Shown here piece after piece: positions 48,659 through 55,433 of a stretch of DNA of 64,000 bases. A program made the translations under genes and the position numbers. The notes below the pieces were generated by a model. It was not told the origin of the DNA. It did not search any database and saw only the letters and a list, made by a program, of their open reading frames with translations. The stretch covers positions 1 to 64,000 of the IMG/VR virus record IMGVR_UViG_3300021170_000008; one strand, given 5' to 3'. Origin of the DNA: a virus. Within the stretch, counting starts at the first letter, position 1. Each line of letters opens with the position of its first letter.

Positions 48659-49032
48659 GAGAAAATATCGCCGCTAAGCTCATTGCGGCTGTTGTGATAT
48701 GCGTAGTTAGTGTTGGAACGACGGTAGTGGTTCTTCGTAGTCAGCCTAAGCCACCCGTGGCCCCACCCGACAAAGTCTCCCGGCTCAAGCTCGACATCGA
48801 GCGTGACCGCAGGTTGTGGTGGGCGACGCAGGCACAGTACGAGACCACGATTACAGATCAGCAGCGGCAGTTGCTCGGGACAATTCAGCAGCAGACTCAG
48901 AAAGTCCAGATGAAGATCAAGGAGCTTGACGGCTACCTGGGGTGCGAGTCACGCAAGCAGATCCTAGATGAAGATCTTCTGGAGTGTAAGGTGCCGGTTG
49001 GCCCAGGCTTACTATCAGGAAAAGACAAGTGA
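48655..49032 (+). CDS. Membrane-anchored coiled-coil protein
   Basis: N-terminal TM, Gln-rich helix, two Cys. Confidence 0.55.
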   Translation: MRENIAAKLIAAVVICVVSVGTTVVVLRSQPKPPVAPPDKVSRLKLDIERDRRLWWATQAQYETTITDQQRQLLGTIQQQTQKVQMKIKELDGYLGCESRKQILDEDLLECKVPVGPGLLSGKDK

Positions 49033-49658
49033 AGCTAACGCCGACCATCTCTTTATTGATCAAACAGACGATAGACACCTGCGCGAAGTCAATCTACCAG
49101 GAACAAGAAGGCGGAATCCATAGTGAGTTAGTACCGGCTGTCTGGAATTGGATTAAAGAGCGCGTTTCGATCCAGGTTGGTCAGCGAGTGCTAGATATAG
49201 GACCCGGCAACGGACTTGCTATAAATCTATTCCTTAAGGACGGCCTTGAGCCAATAGCTCTCTGCGGGAGCGAAGCTGAATGCGCCGCGATCAACACTTC
49301 AGGTACCGGCGCTGTCGCTCTCTGGGCCGACATGCACGAGATCTCGATGTTCAGTAACTTCTTTTCGGGCATCTTTGCTCGACACGCCCTGGAACATAGT
49401 TTCGCACCGTTAACTATGCTACTCGGGATGAAGTTCGCACTTAAGCCCGCTGGCTGGATTTACGTAGAGGTCCCTGCGCCGGGCACGGCCTGTAAGCATG
49501 ACTCTGACAATCCGAACCATTTCAGCGTCCTAAGCAGGCCGATGTGGCGCAAGCTGATCGCCGACGCAGGCTTCAAGATCATCGACGAAGCGTCTATCAC
49601 CTTCACCGTCCAGGCTGGCGACGACGAGTATTATAGTTTTCTCGCAGTTCACGCTTGA
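49029..49658 (+). CDS. Class I SAM-dependent methyltransferase
   Basis: VLDIGPGNG, ADMH, RHALEH, LKP.GW.YVEVP. Confidence 0.85.
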   Translation: MKLTPTISLLIKQTIDTCAKSIYQEQEGGIHSELVPAVWNWIKERVSIQVGQRVLDIGPGNGLAINLFLKDGLEPIALCGSEAECAAINTSGTGAVALWADMHEISMFSNFFSGIFARHALEHSFAPLTMLLGMKFALKPAGWIYVEVPAPGTACKHDSDNPNHFSVLSRPMWRKLIADAGFKIIDEASITFTVQAGDDEYYSFLAVHA

Positions 49659-49707
49659 CAGCCCTTTCAAGCTCCGCCCCGAAGGCGACTATTTACTAAA
49701 ATAGCGC

Positions 49708-49736
49708 TTGACACGAAGTACGGCAAGATGTATGCT
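49708..49736 (+). promoter_or_regulatory. Sigma70-type promoter TTGACA-N17-TATGCT driving the Y RNA/Ro locus
   Basis: Predicted TSS coincides with 5' end of first Y-like RNA (~49743). Confidence 0.8.
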
Positions 49737-49742
49737 GGTTAA

Positions 49743-49865
49743 GTTCGGGTCGGCAGGTTAGCCTTATCTGGTTACCTTGGTTCGACTCCAAGACCCACGC
49801 AAGTGGGTTCTAGTAGCTCTGTTAAGGGGTTGCTAGTCGATGGCTGGCCACCCACTTATCCGGAC
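49743..49865 (+). ncRNA. Y RNA, YrlA-like (tRNA-like payload) #1
   Basis: Terminal stem GTTCGGGT/ATCCGGAC, upper stem GGTTAGCC/GGCTGGCC, T-arm CTTGG-TTCGACT-CCAAG, closed acceptor ACCCAC-GCAA-GTGGGT, D-like arm. Confidence 0.8.
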
Positions 49866-49881
49866 ACCTTTTAAGTTCTCA

Positions 49882-50015
49882 GATTCGGGTCGATAGATTA
49901 GGGTTATCTTTTATCAAAAGAGAGGTCGCTGGTTCGAGTCCAGCCGTGTCTCGCGAGGGGCGCGTAGCTCAGTTGGTAGGGCGCTAAAACGCCCTGGTTA
50001 ACACTTATCCGAGTC
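49882..50015 (+). ncRNA. yrlA: Y RNA, YrlA-like (tRNA-like payload) #2
   Basis: GATTCGGGT/ATCCGAGTC terminal stem; T-arm GCTGG-TTCGAGT-CCAGC, acceptor CGTGTCTC-GCGA-GGGGCGCG, D-arm TAGCTCAGTTGGTAGGGC in permuted order. Confidence 0.9.
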
Positions 50016-50059
50016 GATACTGCGTAGTTTGACGGTGGTTGATGTGACTTGCCCGGAAA

Positions 50060-50122
50060 CGGGCCGTGGAGCCACGGTTACCTTACTTGGGGCCACGGGT
50101 CTGTCGATCCATCTGCGTCCCG
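50060..50122 (+). ncRNA. Degenerate Y-like element in Ro 5' leader (#3)
   Basis: CGGGCCG...GGTTACCT...CGTCCCG; imperfect upper stem. Confidence 0.45.
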
Positions 50123-50141
50123 AAATAGGAGAAAAAATCAC

Positions 50142-51767
50142 ATGGCAAAGAACTATCTGGCTGGCGTTTTGAACCCGTTGTCAGTTCCACAGTCCGAGCC
50201 GCTTCCCGGCAAAGAGATGGTCGCCAATAACGCAGGCGGCTACGTGTTCTCTATCTCCACAATGAAGCAGGTAGAGCGCTTCCTGATCTTGGGATCTGAG
50301 GGCGGTTCGTATTACGTCACCGAGCGCAAAATGACGTTAGGCAACGTCAACGCCTTGAAGGCTGCGCTTGCCGCAGATGGACCTGCCGTTGTCCGGCTGA
50401 TCGTCGATATCAGCACTAAGGGACGTGCCCCCAAGAATGACTCCGCGCTGTTTGCTCTGGCATTGGCTGCGAGCCCGAAGTTTGCCGACGCTCGCACCAA
50501 CTCAATGGCGCTTGCCGCTCTGCCGCAGGTTGCACGTACTGGCACGCACTTGTTCCAGTTCGTAAACTTCGTCGAAGGCAACAAGCTCCGTGGTTGGGGC
50601 CGTGGTCTGCGTGCGGCTGTGGCTGACTGGTACCTGTCGAAGACGCCGGACAAGTTGGCGTATCAGGCTGTGAAGTACCAGAACCGCGAGCAGTGGTCGC
50701 ACCGCGATCTGCTTCGGCTGGTCCACGCGAATAATCCGGCGCTCCAGAATGTTTTCCACTGGATCGTGAAGGGTGAGATCGAAGGTCCGGTACCGGCGTT
50801 TATTGAGGCATTCGAAAAGGCCAAGGTCTCAACTGATCCGAAAGAGATCATCAGCCTGATCGAGAGCGCCAACCTGACTCGGGAAATGATCCCGACGCAA
50901 TTCCTGAACGATGTCGCTGTTTGGGACGCATTACTCCAGAAGATGCCGCTGACGGCTATGGTCCGTAACCTGGGTAAGATGACGCAGGTCGGTTTGATCA
51001 AGCCGTTGTCGGACGCATCTGCGCTTGTTAGCGGACGGCTCCGGAACCAGGAATGGCTGAACCGGGCGCGGGTCCACCCGATTGCTCTGCTGATGGCGGC
51101 TTCGACGTACGAGTCTGGCCGTGGTCTGCGTGGCAGTTTGACTTGGGAGGCCGTGAAGCCGGTTGTCGATGCGCTGGATGAAGCCTTCTATCTGGCCTTT
51201 GATAACATCGTTCCAACTGGCAAGCGGTTCTACCTTGGAATCGATGTCAGCGGATCGATGGGCATGGGAAGAGTGGCCGGTACGGCGCTTACCCCACGCG
51301 CAGGCGCGGCAGCGATGGCAATGGTGACGGCTCGCCGAGAGTCCAACTATTACATGGCAGGGTTCCAGGACAAGATGGTCCCGCTCGATATCGGGGCTCG
51401 TGACCGTCTGCCGGATGTTATCCGCAAGACCGATAATCTGCCGTTTGGAGCCACGGATTGCGCTCAGCCGATGATCGATGCGTTGAAGAAGAAGCTCGAA
51501 GCCGATGTCTTCATCGTGTACACCGACAACGAGACCTGGGCCGGTCCAAAGCACCCGACAGCAGCACTTCAGGAGTACCGGGAGAAGATGGGGATCAATT
51601 CGAAGTTGATCGTCTGTGGTTTGACGGCTACCGGCTTCTCTATCGCAGATCCGTCTGATCCTGGGATGCTTGATGTGGTTGGATTCGATACTTCTGTTCC
51701 TCAGGTAATCTCGTCGTTTGTCGGTGGAGGCGAGATGCCGGAGGAACAGGAAGTCGAAGCAGAGTAA
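50142..51767 (+). CDS. rsr: Ro60/TROVE-vWA RNA-binding protein
   Basis: NNAGG, RFLILGSEGGSYY, KY.NR..WSHRDLLRL.H, MP.TAM.RNLG.MT, DVSGSM, TDNETW; SD AGGAG before MAKN. Confidence 0.95.
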   Translation: MAKNYLAGVLNPLSVPQSEPLPGKEMVANNAGGYVFSISTMKQVERFLILGSEGGSYYVTERKMTLGNVNALKAALAADGPAVVRLIVDISTKGRAPKNDSALFALALAASPKFADARTNSMALAALPQVARTGTHLFQFVNFVEGNKLRGWGRGLRAAVADWYLSKTPDKLAYQAVKYQNREQWSHRDLLRLVHANNPALQNVFHWIVKGEIEGPVPAFIEAFEKAKVSTDPKEIISLIESANLTREMIPTQFLNDVAVWDALLQKMPLTAMVRNLGKMTQVGLIKPLSDASALVSGRLRNQEWLNRARVHPIALLMAASTYESGRGLRGSLTWEAVKPVVDALDEAFYLAFDNIVPTGKRFYLGIDVSGSMGMGRVAGTALTPRAGAAAMAMVTARRESNYYMAGFQDKMVPLDIGARDRLPDVIRKTDNLPFGATDCAQPMIDALKKKLEADVFIVYTDNETWAGPKHPTAALQEYREKMGINSKLIVCGLTATGFSIADPSDPGMLDVVGFDTSVPQVISSFVGGGEMPEEQEVEAE

Positions 51768-51771
51768 TTCA

Positions 51772-51840
51772 AATCGGCGAGCCGATAGGGGATCGTTACC
51801 TATTGCAAAAAAGCGGTCCTCGGCAACTTGTTCGCCGGTT
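51772..51840 (+). ncRNA. Minimal Y-like RNA #4
   Basis: AATCGGCGAG/TTCGCCGGTT, GGGGATCG/CGGTCCTC, TTACCT, A-rich loop, ACTTGTTC. Confidence 0.75.
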
Positions 51841-51845
51841 AATTT

Positions 51846-51991
51846 TTCTACGAGCCGGAGTGGATTCGTTATCTTACTCCAAGCCGAAAGGCAAACAATC
51901 GCTGTCGTTAAACAGCCATGCCGGGTAACTCTGGTATGCTTCACGTCAGAAATGATGTGTTGAAATGGATTCACGACACTTGTTCGTAGAG
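51846..51991 (+). ncRNA. Y-like RNA #5 with four-hairpin payload
   Basis: TTCTACGAGC/GTTCGTAGAG, GTGGATTCG/TGGATTCAC, TTATCT, four internal hairpins, CACTTGTTC. Confidence 0.75.
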
Positions 51992-51998
51992 TAATCTG

Positions 51999-52068
51999 GC
52001 TTCGGGCCGAAGTGGGATGGTTATCTTTCTGAAAAAAAATATGCCATCCCGCACATACTTGTCCGAGC
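51999..52068 (+). ncRNA. Minimal Y-like RNA #6
   Basis: GCTTCGGGC/GTCCGAGC, GTGGGATGGT/GCCATCCCGC, TTATCT, A8 loop, ACTTGTCC. Confidence 0.78.
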
Positions 52069-52093
52069 AAATCACTCCTGCTTCAGTTTCCGC

Positions 52094-52123
52094 TTGACAA
52101 TAAGTATCCATCAATGCTAAACT
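52094..52123 (+). promoter_or_regulatory. Promoter TTGACA-N18-TAAACT with extended -10 TG
   Basis: Upstream of AAA ATPase. Confidence 0.55.
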
Positions 52124-52170
52124 TGAAGCTGTCCACAATTTCCAAGATAGAAGGTTGGTACCTATACCAC

Positions 52171-53703
52171 ATGGCAATAACCAGAAAAACGAAAGAGACG
52201 CTCGTGGACGATCTCGGCCAAGACTTTGAACTCCAGTTCAAGGAAGTGGGCCTGGACCGTCACGCGAAAGGAAAGATCGCCCTGCCAGAGAATATGACTC
52301 TGTCGGAGGGGATTTACTGGCTCAAACAGAAGCAGGCAGACGAAGAAACCATGGTCGTCGTCAACGAAAAAATTGACGGCTATCCGGTCGATGTCGCCTA
52401 TTGCCTTCAGTTGGCCGTCCAGGATATGTTCGGCTTCCGGGAACTGAAGACCATCCCGCCGGAGCACTTCTTCGACAAAGAGAAGCCGCCGACATTCATG
52501 ACCGTCCCGACCGACCACAAAGGCGGAACGGTTGAAGTATTCCTGGGTAGGTTCTCGGTGCCGGGCGCAGATGGATATCTTCAGACTGGCCGCATTAACA
52601 ACGACGCTCTGATCATCCAAGGAAAGCTACGTCAGAAGAACATCCCGATCCTCCGGGCGCTGATCGCCAAGACCAAGGAAACGCTGGCCAAGCAATCGCT
52701 CTACAAGGGCAAGTCGTTCCGCGTGAAGTTCAATGAAACGCTGGACGGCAAAATTATCGACAATCCGGAATTCATCGACGTAAGCAAGGCACCAGCCCGG
52801 CTGACGTTGAATGCCGAGACGGCGGAACTGGTCCGGGCGGCTCTGTGGACCCCGATTGAGCGCAGCAAGCAAACCAAGCATTTTGGGATGCCGCTCAAGC
52901 GTGGTGTTCTACTTTACGGCCACTACGGCACCGGCAAATCCCTGACGGCGCATGAGACGGCTCATCTGTGCTCGCAGCACGGCTGGACGTTCATCTATGT
53001 TAAGGATGTCACCGACCTGCGCGAGATGTATTCGTTCGCGGCGCGGTATTCGCCTGCGGTGCTCTTCGCTGAAGACATCGATCTGGTGATCAAGCATGAA
53101 GGCGACGACGGATCTGACTCCGTTAATGAACTGAACAACGTGCTCGACGGCGTGGACAGCAAAGACAAAGACATCATTGTGGTCTTGACCACAAATCATG
53201 TGGAAAAGATCCCGGTGTCTCTGCTCCGTCCTGGCCGGTTCGACGCCATCGTCGAGTACTTCCCGCCTGACCGGGCGACGGCTGCGGCGTTGGTTGAGCA
53301 GTACGCAGGCGATGAAATCGACCGGGACGACTGGGATTGCGAAGAAGTCGGAAATGTCCTGGCCGGTAACATCCCGGCGACGATCCATGAAGTCGTCAAG
53401 CGAGCCAAGCTGTTTTCGATTGGCCGCTACCCGGCAGACTACCGGGGCAAGCTCCTGCTATCGACATCGGACATCATCAATTCGATGAAGAGTATGAGCA
53501 AGCACCTGGATCTTCTGAACACGAAGCCGTCCGAGAACCCGTCGTTCACCGAAGTCCTGGGTGGAGCAGTCGGCGAGAGTATCGCAAAGAATCTCGCCGT
53601 AGCTCTAGACGTTACAAAGCGTGGCGATAACTGGGGTGAAAAGCGCTCCAAAATAGCGGAGGAACGTATCCTGGCTCCGCTCGAAAACGGCAGCAGCAAG
53701 TAG
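52171..53703 (+). CDS. Classical-clade AAA ATPase with N-terminal extension
   Basis: RGVLLYGHYGTGKS, LFAEDID, LTTN, LLRPGRFD. Confidence 0.9.
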   Translation: MAITRKTKETLVDDLGQDFELQFKEVGLDRHAKGKIALPENMTLSEGIYWLKQKQADEETMVVVNEKIDGYPVDVAYCLQLAVQDMFGFRELKTIPPEHFFDKEKPPTFMTVPTDHKGGTVEVFLGRFSVPGADGYLQTGRINNDALIIQGKLRQKNIPILRALIAKTKETLAKQSLYKGKSFRVKFNETLDGKIIDNPEFIDVSKAPARLTLNAETAELVRAALWTPIERSKQTKHFGMPLKRGVLLYGHYGTGKSLTAHETAHLCSQHGWTFIYVKDVTDLREMYSFAARYSPAVLFAEDIDLVIKHEGDDGSDSVNELNNVLDGVDSKDKDIIVVLTTNHVEKIPVSLLRPGRFDAIVEYFPPDRATAAALVEQYAGDEIDRDDWDCEEVGNVLAGNIPATIHEVVKRAKLFSIGRYPADYRGKLLLSTSDIINSMKSMSKHLDLLNTKPSENPSFTEVLGGAVGESIAKNLAVALDVTKRGDNWGEKRSKIAEERILAPLENGSSK

Positions 53704-53728
53704 GGTAGTTTCTCCTAGTGGCCGCAGG

Positions 53729-53926
53729 TTAGCTTCGTGCTGACTTGCGGCCTTTTTTCTTTTTACCGGCCTGTCTCTTCAAGACTCCGGATGCCATAGC
53801 AATAGCTCGGCCTTCTGAATAACCACGGTCAAGAGCGCTATTGGCTATGTGCGACCATTGGCGCTGCCTGCGTCCAGAAGTAGCTTTCTTGGTGTGTTTA
53901 CGCGCACTGCTCTTTGTCCACGGCAT
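53729..53926 (-). CDS. Small basic protein (ChaB/YdaT-like MPW...IAN.AL..GY.EGRAI..A)
   Basis: Recalled motif. Confidence 0.55.
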   Translation of the reverse strand: MPWTKSSARKHTKKATSGRRQRQWSHIANSALDRGYSEGRAIAMASGVLKRQAGKKKKGRKSARS

Positions 53927-53927
53927 A

Positions 53928-55433
53928 TTATTTTGGCGGAGTACCGGTCCATCCCAAGCCCTTCAGAAATGCATTGAGTGTTTCGTCCGAGGGCGGGGTC
54001 TTGAGCCCAAGTTCACCTTTCCAGTTCTTCCTATCTGCCCACCAGGACCTGGGCTTAGCAGCTAGTTTCGCTGCGTCTGGCCTTGCGAGAAGTTTGTTGA
54101 CAACCGCTTCACGTCCTGCCGTTACGCGAGCTAGAACCTCATCTTCGTATTGCTTCGGCGGAAGATCTTTATATGTTTTACCTGGCTTTTCGGTCGGCGC
54201 TGCGGTAGTTTCCGCTGCTTCGGATTCTTCTGCTCCGCCCGGCGGAGTGCCGGTTGAACGAGTTTTGACTCTGGAACTTGGCGGAGTAAATTGCTCTCCA
54301 GGATTAGTCCCGGATGAACGCTGTCCGGATGGCTTACCACGTACAAGTTTGTAATCAGCTTTTTCTACTTTCGGTTCCTCTATAGGCTTAGGGCCTTTTG
54401 GCTTAACGGTAGATGGACTGTAGTCTTCTTTGCCTGGGGTGAATTTATACGCGCTCTCTTTCCCGCGCACCGGAGTGTGCTCCGGCGGAGCCTCAGGTGT
54501 TACTTTTACTTTTGCGCGTGGGTACGATGGACCGCTGGGCGGCTCTGCCCCACCAGGAGTATACTTTCGGGCTTGCTTGGCGACTCCGCCTTTGTTGGCT
54601 TCCCAGGCTTCTATCGATGTCGCGGCAGCAGTTGGTGGCGGAGGGGTTGGCGTAGGGCTATACGCTTCCCTAGCTCCCTTAAAGGCCCCCCGTATGGCCG
54701 GTACAGCGGCACCACCAATACCGCCCTTAACTGCCCCACCTACTCCACCCACTTCCCAGCCAGCGGCACCGCCGGTAAGTCCACCAGCTACCCAGGCCGG
54801 AGCCTTTACGTTCTTGCCTGTTATCTTAACCGGAATCTCAACAGGAGCCGTAGCGCCTTCCCTGGCTCCCTTAGCCGCGCCAGCAGCAACATCCCCTAAC
54901 GGGAAATCCTTGACGGCCTTCGCGCCACGCGCTACCGTGCGAGCCGCCCCAGGTAGCTTCCATGGTATCTCAAACGATGCCCGTAAACCGGCGGCATGAC
55001 CGATAGCTTCGGCATACTTGCCTTGCTGAATCTCGCGAAGGATCTGCTCCCCGGCTGGCCCTAATAGCGGTACAGCGCCCGTCAGCGAAGTTGCGGCCTC
55101 CTTGTAGTCCTTAGCCTTAAGCGCCTTCTCGGTGCGATCCAGCGCGTCCACGGTAGCGTGAAATGAATTTGTAGCTGTCGTGGGGAGATGTATAAGTGCG
55201 TTGAACGCAGCGACCGGATTCAAATTTTCCGCTGCCGCGCCAAGTCCGCGCTTGGCTTGATCCGCCATTACGGAAGCTGTACCAGAAACAGACCATGGCT
55301 GATCGCCAAGCGGTGGCTCTTTCTTTTCCGGAGTCGCATTTTGTCGCTTCTCCATGAAGGCATCAGGGTCGAACGCAGCCTGCTGCCTGCCAGCCATGAA
55401 GCTGTCGGGATCAAATTGAGCGGCCTGAGGCAC
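53928..55433 (-). CDS. Putative internal virion/ejection protein (Ala/Gly/Pro-rich)
   Basis: Low complexity, FDPD repeats, gene order. Confidence 0.55.
   Translation of the reverse strand: MPQAAQFDPDSFMAGRQQAAFDPDAFMEKRQNATPEKKEPPLGDQPWSVSGTASVMADQAKRGLGAAAENLNPVAAFNALIHLPTTATNSFHATVDALDRTEKALKAKDYKEAATSLTGAVPLLGPAGEQILREIQQGKYAEAIGHAAGLRASFEIPWKLPGAARTVARGAKAVKDFPLGDVAAGAAKGAREGATAPVEIPVKITGKNVKAPAWVAGGLTGGAAGWEVGGVGGAVKGGIGGAAVPAIRGAFKGAREAYSPTPTPPPPTAAATSIEAWEANKGGVAKQARKYTPGGAEPPSGPSYPRAKVKVTPEAPPEHTPVRGKESAYKFTPGKEDYSPSTVKPKGPKPIEEPKVEKADYKLVRGKPSGQRSSGTNPGEQFTPPSSRVKTRSTGTPPGGAEESEAAETTAAPTEKPGKTYKDLPPKQYEDEVLARVTAGREAVVNKLLARPDAAKLAAKPRSWWADRKNWKGELGLKTPPSDETLNAFLKGLGWTGTPPK

Noticed and set aside
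49770-49990. tRNA genes (GGTTCGA T-loops and TAGCTCAGTTGGTAG D-arm)
   Set aside because: Arms are in permuted order (T, closed acceptor, D) with no anticodon arm or CCA end; better explained as YrlA-type Y RNAs.
50049-50141. N-terminal extension of Ro60 from TTG 50049
   Set aside because: SD AGGAG precedes ATG 50142, and the upstream sequence is structured RNA.
50931-52070. 379-aa minus-strand ORF and many other antisense ORFs in the track
   Set aside because: Shadows of well-supported opposite-strand genes (here Ro60); no motifs or RBS.
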